The notes under the pieces are model-generated. The model saw nothing but the letters and a program-made list of their open reading frames with translations, had not been told where the DNA came from and made no database searches. From contig MU006096.1 of assembly GCA_010093705.1 (NCBI GenBank), forward strand, positions 518,004 through 582,003: a stretch of 64,000 bases of DNA, in the 5' to 3' direction. The stretch comes from Patellaria atrata CBS 101060 (taxonomy: Eukaryota). Shown here in pieces: positions 34,043 to 47,131 of the stretch. Position numbers and translations under genes: made by a program. Within the stretch, counting starts at the first letter, position 1; each line of letters begins with the position of its first letter.

Positions 34043-35908
34043 CTATATATTAGGGCTCTGAAATCTCTGTGGCAGTCGTGGTTGCCGTCGGGGCCGACCA
34101 GTCGTGGGATTGACCGTTTCTACCTCTACTACCTCAATAATATTATCTAAGAGTTCTATNNNNNNNNNNNNNNNNNNNNNNNNNNNNNNNNNNNNNNNNN
34201 NNNNNNNNNNNNNNNNNNNNNNNNNNNNNNNNNNNNNNNNNNNNNNNNNNNNNNNNNNNNNNNNNNNNNNNNNNNNNNNNNNNNNNNNNNNNNNCGTTTT
34301 TTGCCTCAGCTACCCTCTCCCTCTCCTCCTTATCTTTTTGTCGTTGAAGCTTGCGCTCTTTAGCTTGTTCTTCTTTCTCCTCTCTACGTAGCTGTTGCTG
34401 AAGCTTATTATTTACTTTACGAGCTTCTTCTGCAGCTTCATCTTCCTCCTTTTGCCGTAGGAAATCGCGCGCTTGGGTAATTTTTTGAGGGCTCCAAAAC
34501 ACCACGCCACTATCATCTATGCTAATTACTCGTTGTAAAAGAGGCTTCTGCCGTTTACGTCGCTTCTTCTCGCCCTCAAGAGCCTTAATTAAACCGAAGT
34601 TCTTTTGTTGGAGGATAGTATTAGAGGCAGAGAGGCATTGACACTTCGCCTTCAGTTCTTCGACGACAGGGTGCATTACATCAGAAATAACGGTCTCTAG
34701 TTTCTTCTCTATACGTTTCCAATCTTTCTCCGATAACACTGATTTAGCTGATTCACTTGAACTTGGTCTACCGCGTATTTGACTAACTGGTTGCCTCTCC
34801 GGCTTTGCTAATCCTTGTAGCACTTCACTCGGATTATACGGAGAGATACCTTTTTTTTAAAGCTCCCGAGGATGTTTTTCTCTGTAAAAGCCTTCTGGTA
34901 AGCGGGCCANNNNNNNNNNNNNNNNNNNNNNNNNNNNNNNNNNNNNNNNNNNNNNNNNNNNNNNNNNNNNNNNNNNNNNNNNNNNNNNNNNNNNNNNNNN
35001 NNNNNNNNNNNNNNNNNNNNNNNNNNNNNNNNNNNNNNNNNNNNNNNNNNNNNNNNNNNNNNNNNNNNNNNNNNNNNNNNNNNNNNNNNNNNNNNNNNNN
35101 NNNNNNNNNNNNNNNNNNNNNNNNNNNNNNNNNNNNNNNNNNNNNNNNNNNNNNNNNNNNNNNNNNNNNNNNNNNNNNNNNNNNNNNNNNNNNNNNNNNN
35201 NNNNNNNNNNNNNNNNNNNNNNNNNNNNNNNNNNNNNNNNNNNNNNNNNNNNNNNNNNNNNNNNNNNNNNNNNNNNNNNNNNNNNNNNNNNNNNNNNNNN
35301 NNNNNNNNNNNNNNNNNNNNNNNNNNNNNNNNNNNNNNNNNNNNNNNNNNNNNNNNNNNNNNNNNNNNNNNNNNNNNNNNNNNNNNNNNNNNNNNNNNNN
35401 NNNNNNNNNNNNNNNNNNNNNNNNNNNNNNNNNNNNNNNNNNNNNNNNNNNNNNNNNNNNNNNNNNNNNNNNNNNNNNNNNNNNNNNNNNNNNNNNNNNN
35501 NNNNNNNNNNNNNNNNNNNNNNNNNNNNNNNNNNNNNNNNNNNNNNNNNNNNNNNNNNNNNNNNNNNNNNNNNNNNNNNNNNNNNNNNNNNNNNNNNNNN
35601 NNNNNNNNNNNNNNNNNNNNNNNNNNNNNNNNNNNNNNNNNNNNNNNNNNNNNNNNNNNNNNNNNNNNNNNNNNNNNNNNNNNNNNNNNNNNNNNNNNNN
35701 NNNNNNNNNNNNNNNNNNNNNNNNNNNNNNNNNNNNNNNNNNNNNNNNNNNNNNNNNNNNNNNNNNNNNNNNNNNNNNNNNNNNNNNNNNNNNNNNNNNN
35801 NNNNNNNNNNNNNNNNNNNNNNNNNNNNNNNNNNNNNNNNNNNNNNNNNNNNNNNNNNNNNNNNNNNNNNNNNNNNNNNNNNNNNNNNNNNNNNNNNNNN
35901 NNNNTCAT
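34043..35908 (-). pseudogene. DDE_1-type transposase, gapped and frameshifted
   Basis: ATG at 35908. Visible pieces: WPAYQKAFTEKNILGSFKK/GISPYNPSEVL (frame change in the T-run near 34851-34858), KKRRKRQKPL, VFWSPQKITQAR, and C-terminal GRPRRQPRLPQRF...*. Confidence 0.8.
34160..35904. other. Assembly gaps (N runs 34160-34294 and 34910-35904)
   Basis: N characters in the sequence, both runs inside the transposon. Confidence 1.
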
Positions 35909-36234
35909 ATTGGTGGTGGTGGAGTAAAAAGTAGTCCTTATTATTCTCCGGATACGTGTATTTTGAGAACTAAATTTTGGTGGGCGACCGTGCACGCTTT
36001 GAAACCGTGCACAGCCTGAACAAGACCCTTAACTAGAACTACCGCGAGCAAGACCTCATTTTTTGTTAGATAAACTGGATCTGCAGGTGCACTGAATATA
36101 TCGCTTGATTTGCTACTACTGAGAGATGCGGACTATTTGTATACAGAACGAAGATAACGAGCATGAATCAAAGGAAACAGATAAAACAACACAGATAAAT
36201 GTTGTGTTAGAGATCTGTTTTGATACAGTTTGAC

Positions 36235-36570
36235 ACAACGACCTTAACAAAGGGAGATGGAGAGGATATACTTGCTCAAAGGGAGGCTACGCAGCAGGTA
36301 GAGCGTAAAAGGCGTCAAGGAGGAGCGCAGTCAGGCCAAAGCCGACAAGCTCTTACACGCTGTAGCCGCTGCAGAGAACCTGGCCATAACTCACATACAT
36401 ACAGGAAAGATACTCTCGATACTACTTAACCTATAACAGTAATATATATACAATACTTTGATAGGTAGTTGAGTTATACGCTTGTGGAGGTGCAGAAAGT
36501 TGCTGGGGCTGGCGTCTCGCTTGTACTGGCGACTCGCTTATACCTACGCTATCACATTTACCCAATAGTA
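36235..36570 (+). mobile_element. 3' remnant of a second Fot1/Pot2-like transposon, RIP-damaged
   Basis: TLTKGDGEDILAQ...RCSRCREPGHNSHTY is a degenerate C-terminal CCHC knuckle (RCxxCxxxGHNxRTC). It is followed by an AT-rich 3' region and a possible TIR remnant near 36530-36570. Confidence 0.7.
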
Positions 36571-37081
36571 AGCCCCACCATCTAACATTTTTTCTAACTC
36601 GACACGTGCTCGACGACCTAAGAGACAGAAAGTTATTATTCACTTACAAGCTTGTCAGATGCTAATGAATAAAATAGTGATATATACACTATAGCATAGC
36701 TAACTTCTGGATTTCATGTTTAAGACTCTGATTGGATATTATCATATTGGAGGTAAAATTGAATCTAACGAGGAAATACAGGGCCTCTTAATGCCCCGAA
36801 ACCAAGCTGGTGTCACTTTTTGACCGTACATCAACCTCTGGTCTACGAGAGTACAAAGTGTACTATATTTTCCAGGTGGTGGGTATCCGTAAGTTTTGTG
36901 CATCGTGCGCGCTCAAGCTTAAGCTTGCCCTAAGAAGCATTCTTCGAAAAAAAGTTCTGTTGATTTGGTTGCGGCGCCTTGTTAATATGTATCAATATGA
37001 ATGAAATGGTCATCCGCACCTTCAAAGGGCAATGATGCAACAAAATTCAAGTTCTATTAGCGATTCGTAAAGATCGCCTTT

Positions 37082-38149
37082 TTGCATGCCGATCAGAGGA
37101 TATCGAGTCTTCGGGAATCCTGGGTTTTTGACCTCAATCTCGACCGTTTTCTCTTGCTATCAGCATTTCTCGGGGGGTTATCAAGTGGAATATCCTCGCA
37201 GGTCTTCAGACATGACTTTACCGAGCCGTCATCTTCCTCGGGGATCAACAACAAGCGCTACCAATCGACCCAGCGAACAAGGACTATATATTTCTCCATA
37301 TAACGTTTAGTCCGATCCAACCTACGTATCGCTGCCATCGCTCGACCTCTTAATATTACTCTTTCAAGATGCGCGAGTTTCTTATCTAGGTGAGATTGTG
37401 CTGCTTAGACACCGTGTTGAAGATGTGCGATCAGTGCTGACTTGGATATGATGTTTTATGTAAAGTCCGAAGAAGTGGCCCTCAACCCTTTTTCCGCCCA
37501 TTTTACTTTCTGCTGAAGTTCTCACACCTCTGTTGTCAAACGCGTTTGTCCTTTACTCGCTTCACCGAGTTCTGCTTCTGCAAGTTTGACGGATTTACGG
37601 GCTGATTCAACCTATAAGGCTTTGTGAACGATCTTTCCAAATGTGTCTGACTGCATATATCCGTATATTGCAAAAGAGGTCGGCAGCTCCGTGAAATATC
37701 ATAGTTATCTGGTAGATATATGGTCCTTGGGCGTTATTGCGTTGGTATTGCTCCAAGATCTACCCAGGGATATCTCCCGAGAGCATATTAAATCGTCCAT
37801 GATCAGACGGAACACAAAGCTCCTACTTGCTCACGTCGAAGAAAAACAGCAAGAATATCCAGGTCCCTGGTTAGACCTGATCGCGGCCGGAATGCTCCAA
37901 AAGGATGCGAAGATGAGGTACACTGCTAGAGAATTCCTGGAAGAAGTTGAAAGATTCACCACGTCGTCCGGGGAATATACCCATGCCGGAGCCTTGACAC
38001 CGACTCAGACATTTCCGGAACACACCAATATAGATCTTTACGCCTTGGATCCTGAAATCCCTGGGCCGAGAACGCTAAAATACAAGCGTCCACGAGCATC
38101 TCAAAGCTGCTCTCCGTCAAACACTCGGAGCAAACGTCAAAGAGTATGA
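37082..38149 (+). pseudogene. Decayed Ser/Thr protein kinase (C-lobe readable; upstream part eroded)
   Basis: 37643-38149 has YIAKEV (APE to AKE), VDIWSLGVIAL (subdomain IX) and MLQKDAKMRYTAREFL (XI). No intact N-lobe or HRD. Upstream WVF...GISSQVFRHDF weakly resembles an FHA segment. Confidence 0.55.
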
Positions 38150-38873
38150 TTTCGAACAGGAACCGCACACTCCTACGCACCACCCCAGCTCCCAACAGCG
38201 TACTGTACGCGACTCAAAAAACGTGGCCGGAACCTCTATCAGCAAGTCATCTTAGTCGACCTTGACCGATATATCCCTCAGAGACTGAAAATAGAGTTAG
38301 ATACGTCATTGTCTTGTACCCGCACTTCTCGGTGTTTTTGTAGGATGGAATTGAAGCCGGCTTGAGCGGAGCTAGATCTCGTGAGGGAATTCGATGAAAA
38401 TACGTGCCAAGCTACGATTGTGTCTATACATATTAGCAGCCGTACACCGAATTCTGTCCCGCAGCTGTTCAGATTCGGTGATTATCTATACGTGTCGCTT
38501 TATCGTACCAGGTCTTTCGGGGATGATGGGTGAGATACAATGTCTGGAATGGTCAATCTGTCTTTTACGCGTTGAAACTGATATGTTCGTTTCGAAATAA
38601 CAGAAGGCTATGGAAAGAACGTTCGGTCGTGGGAAGATGTTACCTTCTCCCTCACCAGAGCAAATGTAAGATAGTTCCTGAGTTCGGACACAACATAAAA
38701 TTGAGTATATACAGAAGCACGATTCCTGCCGCCGAGATAAATACAAGAATGAGGATATATCCATAGCAACGCCTCTATGATGCAATCCCATGCTCCAGAC
38801 CGAATGCAAAACCCTCTATTCTTCCTCATCCGACTCCACTTCCGCAGTCTGTGCATTGCGTTAGCAAGTGTAC

Positions 38874-41800
38874 TCATAGAGAGTCTTCGGTATGAGAATC
38901 ACTTACATCTTCGTGGAAAGTCTTCCCCTCCGTCGTGGGTTTAATCATGCCCACCCTGATACAAAAATCGCCAAACCTCTCCCCCTCGTTCCTTTCAATC
39001 GCATACCTCTTCAACAACGGCTTCATGATCTCCAGAATCTCCTCCTCTTTGATACTGCTTCTATACAGTTTGTTCAACCTCTGGCCATGATACCCGCCAC
39101 CAAGATACATATTGTAGGCCCCGTAGGCCTTACCCACGAACGCCACTTCCGCGAGCCACGGCCGCGCGCAACCGTTCGGACACCCGGTCATGCGCATGAC
39201 GATGGACTCCTGTCGAAGTCCATTCTCCTCGATCACACCTTCGAGCTTGGTGATCAGTTCGGGGAGGTAGCGCTCGCTTTCCGCCATTGCGAGACCACAG
39301 GTCGGGAAAGCGACGCAGGCGGAGGAGGAAAGTCTGAGGCCAGAGAAGTTGGTGTTATCCAATTTGTACTTCTTCAGCATATTCTTCATCGCCGCTAGAT
39401 CCTCGTCTGCTATTCCACTGAGTATGAGATGCTGGTTTCCCGTCAGCCTAAACTCGCCCTTATGCACTTTTGCGACCTCGCGCAAGCCGGTCTTCATGGG
39501 GAAATCCGCCGTATCCTCTATTCTCCCGTTCTCGATAAAGAAGGTGAAGTGGTTCTTGCCGTTCTCGTCTTTCTGCCAGCCGAACGTGTCGATGTTGCTG
39601 TCGAACTTGAACGGTTTGGGATCTCGGAACTTTTCGCCCCAGAGGTCTTCGACTTTGCTGCGAAAGACGTCGGGGCCCATGTCGTCCATGGTGTACTTTA
39701 GACGCGCGTGTTTGCGATTCTTTCGGTCGCCATGATCTCTTTGGACGAGCATGATCTTCTCGCAGGCGATGTGGGTCTTGTCGGCAGAAACGTAACCGAG
39801 CATGCTACCGGTCCTGGGATATGTCTTCTTGTTGTTGTGTGTGACTCCCATACCACCACCGGCCAAGACGTTGAAGCCTTCCAATCGGCCATTGGATCCC
39901 TTGATCGCGATGAGACCGATATCATGGGCATAAACATCCGTATCGTTGTGTGGCGGAATAGCAATAGTGATCTTGAACTTCCTAGGAAGATACGTCGGTC
40001 CATAGAGCGGTTCGTGATCGACAACTGCATCTCCTGCGATCTGAGTCTTCCCGTCGTCCTCCTTGAGCCAGATCTCATGATATGCCGTTGTCGACGGCAG
40101 AAGATGATCACTGATCTTTTTCGAGACGGCGTGAACATCCGCGTGATATTGCGAATGTTGCGGCAAGCTGCTGCACATAACATTACGGTTAACATCACCG
40201 CATGCTGCGATCGTGGTCATCAAGGCCCTATTGATAGCTTGCATTGCAGGTCGTAGTTTGCCCTTCACCACACCGTGGAACTGGAAGGTCTGTCTCGTCG
40301 TCAATTTCATGGTCTCATTTCCCAATTTCGTACTGATTTCGTCCATTTGTATCCATTGTTTCGGAGTAGCAACACCACCTGGTAATCGGCACCGTATCAT
40401 AAAGGAATACGCAGGTTCTAGCCCCTGAGCTTTGCGTTCATCCCTAAGATCACGGTCATCTTGCATGTAAGTACCATGGAACTTGGTAAGTTGCTGATCG
40501 CTTGCAGAGATTGCTCCAGTCGATGTATCTTGCAAACCTTCCTCGATAGTACCACGGAGGTAGTTCGAAGCCAGCTTAATATCCTCATTAGTAATTGGTG
40601 GAGGTTCCTCAGGGAGACCTTCCACATTTGCAACACCTAAAGCCTGCCACAACTTCGGTTCCCACTCTGAATAGCCGGTTTGGTATGCATCGGGGTCCTG
40701 ATCGTCACCGAGGCCGCACTCAGTCAGCGCCTTCCCGCCTAAAGCAAGTAACCGAGTGTGTAGATCCTTTCCAGGTTTATTATAATAGATCTTGTCTTCC
40801 TTTCTGGGCCAGTAATGACTATCACCTAGGGAGAACACGGCGAAGTTGACAGTTGCAAGATCGATATCCGTAGAGTTCCTTACAGCTTCCCAGAATGAAC
40901 GACCATTCTGCGGGAACTCACCTTGACCTGCAGTACTGGTAATCAGGGCAATGTTTTCCTCTGTATTGAGATCCTCTAAGGGATAGTCATCCATTGCCAT
41001 GACTATGGTCTTCAGGCCTCGGGCTTTGCCTCTATTACCCAACCTCTTCGCGAGATTCTCCGCATTTCCGTTGTCAGACGCAAATAGGATTGTCAATGGT
41101 GCACCCTGTAGTCCCTCGAGCAATTTGCCGTACGCATCCTTCGCTTTGCGTTTCTGGAGTTGTCTAACTTCCGAACCGTAAGAGCCAGATAGGTTGGCAG
41201 AAAACTCGGGGTTCCTCTTCATCACCTGCGACAGGTAGTTGTCTCGCCTTAAGAAATCCTGGAGTTCCTTCTTAATGCGCTCGGAATCAAGGTAGAAATT
41301 CTCTTCACCCTGTTCCTCTCGTCGCGGATTCCATCTATACAAAGGCCAGTAGCCCAAATCAACAGCTTTCTTAGTCTCTTGAAGGACGGTTAGCGGAGAG
41401 TCAGCTTCCTGATTGTAAGGCAAGTATGCGAGAACAACAGAGGGCCCATCGAACTTCTCAGCTTCTATCAAAGCCTGTAGAACTTGGGTATATGAACTGT
41501 AAACCGCTACGGATGCGACATATGCATTTCCAAAGTTCATCGCATATAATCCAATATCTTTCTTTCTACGAGATGCGTCGGCAGCTGCTCTTTCAGAATA
41601 GGGTTGCGAGTCAATGATAAGCATGTTGACATTCTCTCCTGAGGCAAGCACATGATGGACACCGGAGTTTCCTAAGTCGTAAGCCCATGCGTCCGAGCCG
41701 ATAAGCCATTGAGCCTCCTTGAAGAATAAGCCTTTCCTGGAGAGCATGTCTGTCGCAACGCGTGATCCATCTGTACTTAAACGTGTAATAACTTCGGGAG

Positions 41801-43595
41801 CAAGATCATTGGCTTTCTCAGCATCTTCAGCAGCTAGAGCCCATTTCGAAAGCCATTGCCGGGGTACGTCTGTGGTGAATTCTGCTGACTTTGCCGTTTT
41901 CTGGGCCTCTTCAACGAAGCGCTTTCTATGGGATGATCTTGCAAGTAGGGAGCCAAAACCGAACTCGGGATTGGACGATATCTCAGAGGAAATACCAGCG
42001 TTGTTGGCACCCAGGCGATTGGCAATGTACAAACGTTGACCAAATACCTGATCCAGGATCTTAAGGTACGCATTCTCCAAGCTTGGTTGCTTGAGCTTCG
42101 TCTCCTCATCCGAAAGTTCAGGGCCTTCAGCCTTTCCAATTTGCAGATTTTGGATAGGGGCGTCAGACAAAAGATTCTGAAAGATTCCTCTGAGCGCTTG
42201 TCGAACGGTCGACTTTTCGATGTATCCAAGTTGGTGGCCAACAATGATGGGCCCAGCGCCACCTCCAGCCTTTAGTGACATAAGAATGTCCAGTAACAGT
42301 GGGCCCCATTTCGTCGTTTTACGCTTAACCTGCTCGAGAACAGCTAGTCGTTGGACAGTTTTTGGAAGGATTACTGAGATCTTAGCTCCTAACCATGGAC
42401 GGTATAATCGAGCAGTGAGTAGTCCGGCATTTGCATACTGTTCTAACGGACTTGCTTCATCCATTTCTTGGCCGAACATGGCGGTGTCGGCACCGAAGAC
42501 AAACAGAGCAGCATCCGCGTCTGTCGGACCTGAATATTCAAACGCGCCATAACTGCGACCCGTGCTCTCTTTGACCGTGGTCCAGATTTGGGTAGCAAAG
42601 TTATAGATGTCTTCGGATGAGATTGGTCTTGGCGCAACGGATTCGACTGTTGTTGCTGAAGACTCTGAAGGATGGCTTCCAACGCTGCTATCTCGTCGTG
42701 AAGATCCACTTGCTGATCCTACTGTGCTTACCCCAGCTGACTTGTCTCCAACTGGACTCACGCGCCCTGACGGTTCCCCCTTAACAAGAACAGCTTGACT
42801 TCTCGGAACTCCAACTGATGCGACTCTTCCATCTTCCGCATAGATACCAGTCTCTGTTGACTTTCCCCTCTGGAAAGATCTCACAGCATTAAGGTCCAGG
42901 ACACTCTTCACCAGCTCCCGACTTTCAAACGAAATCGGGCCATCTTGCTTGACGCTAGCTGAACCAAAGAAGTGTATCACACCCTTCCCTGATTTAATAG
43001 CTAGTGCATGTGCGGTAAGAGCTATGTCCTGTACCTCCTGAAGTGACTCCGACTGAAGGAAGGTGAATCCTGATTGTCGTATTGAGGTAATGTCGGAGTA
43101 GTCCGGATATCCTGATGGGTGTAGAGATACATGAAGTACAACTGGGTACTGTGCGAGCTTGTAGAGGTGGGGGATTGAACGGAGTAGAATGGAAGAGCTG
43201 GTGGTTACGGAAACGAGCTTCCCTGATCTTACCGGTCCATAGACGGAAAGGAGAGGATCGGCATTATGCCTAACGGGTAAGACCTGTGCCGCTTTCAGTA
43301 AGAACTAGTTGACATGCATTTTGGTAAGTCTATACCTCAGGGATGCCATTTGCGACAACTCCTGGTGCTTTATTCGAAGCATACTTCTTGAGAAAACCTG
43401 AAAACTCGGAATCGCTAGCGAGTGAAGGCTGAACTGAAACAATTACATCACTACAGATATATGCGATTCGTGCAGCTATGAGGATTAGTTCTTGTAATAT
43501 TGTAACATAGAAAGGTAGGGCGAAAACATATAAAGACGTCTTGAGGGGGAGTATAGGTGCTTACCTGCTTCTCCAGCAGTCGAGATGGAGCCCAT
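38874..43595 (-). CDS. MET5: Assimilatory sulfite reductase beta (siroheme) subunit, 2 introns
   Basis: Spliced start MGSISTAGEA|AARIAY; PFOR-like region (WLIGSDAWAYDLG); flavodoxin (LFASDNGNAE, STAGQGEFP, LGDS); NIR/SIR domain (KFHGTYMQDDRD, LTTRQTFQFH, ACGDVNRN, LPRKFK, CVAFPTCGLA, MTGCPNGCAR). Confidence 0.97.
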
Positions 43596-44861
43596 AGCAG
43601 CAATTGAATCCTCCCAGAAAGAAAGGAACAATCACACACAGAGAATTGAATTTGAAGGAATTTTTTAAAGCGGGCATGACATGCGGGGGACCAAAAAATT
43701 ATATAGATTGAACGTGATGTGGTAATAATTGTTTAGAAAGCAGTTCTACGGGCGATTTGATTGGTCGGATATCGCGTCAGATTCCACTGTGAGAGACTAG
43801 ACCTACGATTTACTCAACTTGCCGACAAAATCTCTTTACAGACACATCTCAACCCCATTACCTACTTACCTACTTCTGCGTGTATATATCACATACAGCG
43901 TGTCGGGTGCTGCATCAGCTTATCCATTTTGCCTCTGGGCGACAAATGTTGAAGTACTGGTACTAGTTCTAATCCAGCATGATTGTTCAACACTGTTCTG
44001 TACGAGCAACACCTCCAATATTTTCTAGAGAACTCAATACGCAATTCTCCCTAAGCTTACGATGTTGAAACAATGGGCCTAGAACATTCCCTCTTGGTTA
44101 CAGTATAACGCAAGGATAGCTAAATCACCTTGGACTCGACTCAACTCGAACCCGTCGATCATACTTTAAGAGCCAGATATATTGTGTCTGCCTGCTTTAC
44201 CGCACCTCCTAGTCATTACGAGCAGTACCCGCAGTTACCTTGACTTTGATCTTTGTAGGGCTGTTCGGTATGTCTCCCTCGGTGCGCCCTACCTGGGTCC
44301 CCTCAGTATAGAGCATACAGTAAAGGGTTTTGTCCATATCCCCCCACCCTCACGCTCTCAACTTAGCCACTGACCCCGGATGCATTTGTAGAACCGGTAT
44401 AACCGTACGGTATTTACTCAAGTATCTACTTAAGTAACGTTGGGTATGTCAGATATGCAAGGGTTCTAGAGGGAATGATCCAGCTATTGGTCCAGCGAGA
44501 GCTACGGATCATCTTTCTGACACCAGATTTTTGGGCCGAGGCACGAAGTTCTGCTGCGATTCCGTATTGGTTCTGCGATCCTCGAATTCTGCAATCATGT
44601 AGGATTATCTATATACGCTTCTAACCTTGCTTAAACGTAATATATCTATTTTTTAAGAGATAAGTATTCGAGGTAGGCCTTTTCTTTCCTAAGCTGGACC
44701 CTTCCTCTCGTCAGAACCTGAACCTTTGATACTCCGATCGACAACATCCCTTTCGCATTGAGGTTTGCCGACCTCGTTACAATTCCCACCGTGTTCTAGT
44801 CACTTCTTGCAATCCTCTTAAAACGTTCCACTGGGTCGGCATCTATACTTAAGGGCCTTAT

Positions 44862-46088
44862 ATGGACCGTATCTCAGAATTGGATGGTTCTATTCGTCTA
44901 ATTGAGGAGCATTTTCAACTTTACCGGCCTCATATCGACGTCTACGAAGATATCGATCACGAGTTCGACTATGGATGTTCCTCCTTGATGGTAGCAATAC
45001 TTCTTCGAGACGAGCGACTTGCTCGAGAGCTCCTTGCTGAAGGTGCCGATACTCGTACCCAAAACCAATACCATCAGACCGTCCTCCATTTCGCCTGTGC
45101 TACAGGTATCATCCTCAAAGATCTCTTGAATACGGACGCAGTTCTTGATCTAAACGCGACCGACGATTTTAACCAGACTCCCCTAATCGTCGCCGCCCGC
45201 TGTAATTCCTTCCGGACCGTAAGACGATTGATTCCGCTGTCGCCCGATGTCCGACATAAAACTGTCACAAGGAGATATACCGCTTTACATTGGGCGGTTC
45301 TCTCAGGTGATGTCAATATCGTGCAAGCTATCACCCTTGTCGACCAATTCCCTGCCCATCTCGACTCTGTCGGCTATGAAGGCTACCCACCACTACTAGA
45401 TGCAGTTCGATCAGGCAGAGTGGAAGTCCTCGCCGCACTACTGAAAGCTGGATGCAATATACACGTATGTGACAGGAAAGGAAACTCGGCCTTGCATCTA
45501 GCACACGATGCTCCGACTGCAAGACTTCTTCTTCAAGCTGGACTAGATGTCGATTCTGCTGGACCTAACGGACGTACTCCCCTCATGCAGAAGACTATAG
45601 AGGGTAATATACCCCTGATGGCATTTTTAACGCGCAAGAAAGCCGATTTGACTCGACAAGACGATGACGGATGGACAGTACTACACTACGCATTGACCCA
45701 GAGTGCAACCAAGCAGACGGCTACATTAGACCTCCTCATGTTTCTCGTCAAGCACGGCGCTGATCCCTTTGCCTTGGATTGTTGCAAGTGCTATTGCTCT
45801 GAAAAAAAGGGTTGTTCGCCAACACTTTTTGCTCACCAGAGTGGATCATTAAAGATCTGGCTCGACGCGCTCCTTGCTCTAGGTTTTAAAGGCTACAACT
45901 ATACCGAACGGGATATCATTCGTTTCCAGCATTTCGAAAAGTCGAATAGGAGACACATTTGCTGTCAAGCGTGTCTACGTGTTCCGCCAGAGCCTACACC
46001 AACCTTGACCGGTCCTAGTAGAGTCATCGGCGAGGTTGACGATGATTCTGCCTTTGACATTACTTCCCCCCGAATGGTTGTAGTGTAG
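44862..46088 (+). CDS. Ankyrin-repeat protein with a Cys-rich C-terminal segment
   Basis: About eight ankyrin repeats (TVLHFAC, TPLIVAA, TALHWAV, PPLLDAV, SALHLA, TPLM, TVLHYAL), then CCKCYCSEKKGCSP and RHICCQAC. Intronless. Confidence 0.85.
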   Translation: MDRISELDGSIRLIEEHFQLYRPHIDVYEDIDHEFDYGCSSLMVAILLRDERLARELLAEGADTRTQNQYHQTVLHFACATGIILKDLLNTDAVLDLNATDDFNQTPLIVAARCNSFRTVRRLIPLSPDVRHKTVTRRYTALHWAVLSGDVNIVQAITLVDQFPAHLDSVGYEGYPPLLDAVRSGRVEVLAALLKAGCNIHVCDRKGNSALHLAHDAPTARLLLQAGLDVDSAGPNGRTPLMQKTIEGNIPLMAFLTRKKADLTRQDDDGWTVLHYALTQSATKQTATLDLLMFLVKHGADPFALDCCKCYCSEKKGCSPTLFAHQSGSLKIWLDALLALGFKGYNYTERDIIRFQHFEKSNRRHICCQACLRVPPEPTPTLTGPSRVIGEVDDDSAFDITSPRMVVV

Positions 46089-47131
46089 TGAGCTTATACC
46101 TCGTTTACACATTATGTGCGGCACATTCATCTGACCACTCTTAAACGAGTCCAAGACGTTAGTTACTATCCATTCTCAACCGTAGCATCAGTATTCGAAA
46201 GCTGAAAATATATCAGGGGCTTGGAGCCGTACGAAGAATCCAGCTGTACATATCAGCGTGCTGTATACCTGAGGTTAAAAGGATCTTTACTTTTGCTGTA
46301 CGGTGAAGTCGAAAATGTGCCTGAAATTCCACCGTATAGGCCACCCATATGGATTAATATACTTAGCGCTAACTTTTGCCTATACCTCTAACTATTCGTT
46401 ACATCAAAGGCCAAAGGCTACCAGGAGCGATCTACCGTATGAACAACCTAACTCTGCAGTTGCGCTTACTGTACGCTCACGCTTGGAAGTGACTATGACT
46501 CTACTGTACCAGAAAGTTGACGACGTTCGAGGGACCCGTAGCGGTACAATTAACTTGGCCTTAATTATCTTAGTTCTTCGGTCTTCACATACTCTTAACA
46601 AAGTTTTGGGCGAGCTTATCGAGGCCGGGAAAGTCAATATTGATAGGGGATAAATAAACCAGTATGTTAAGGGAGGGTCTTCACTACTATTTCCATTTAG
46701 TTTCGCTCATATAATTAGAGCGCGCCATCAATGATCCATGCTAGAGTGGTACAGCAACCTCGCGCCCACAACTTAGATTGTTCCCAGTGTCCTTGACGCG
46801 ATTGCGTCCTATCCTCCATAATAGTATATAGCACTTCCAAGTTTCCTCGGATGTTCCGTGAGGTCTAATGGGTTTACTCCTGTAGCTATTCTTGGTAAAA
46901 AAAAAAAAATAAAATCATAAGGACACAGCTGGGTATCATAGGGTAGATAATCACTATATGACGATCTATAACATTGACATCATAGCTTCCTTCGCGTACT
47001 TGATTGACATCAAATATAATGTTCACACGAACGAGTGTCCGCAACACATTGCTCCGCCGATCATACACATTCCTCTTGTATCAGGGTATCAAACAAACCT
47101 CACCTGCTCCCATCCCTCCCTACTCTACCAT

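Larger units (their letters stand above)
33879..36029 (-). mobile_element. Tc1/mariner-superfamily (pogo/Fot1-type) DNA transposon with ~55-bp TIRs and TA target duplication
   Basis: Left end agggtcttgttcaggtcgtgcacggtttcagaccgtgcacagtcgccc matches the reverse complement of the right end (agggtcttgttcaggctgtgcacggtttcaaagcgtgcacggtcgccc). TA at 33877-33878 and 36030-36031. Interior partly hidden by N gaps. Confidence 0.93.

Noticed and set aside
34805..36019. ~400-aa ORFs on both strands in the ORF track
   Set aside because: They are mostly X residues read through the N gap. Only the minus-strand transposase is supported.
38892..42798. Many plus-strand ORFs antisense to MET5 (similar shadows occur over other genes)
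   Set aside because: Codon-bias shadows of the real CDS, with no motifs of their own.
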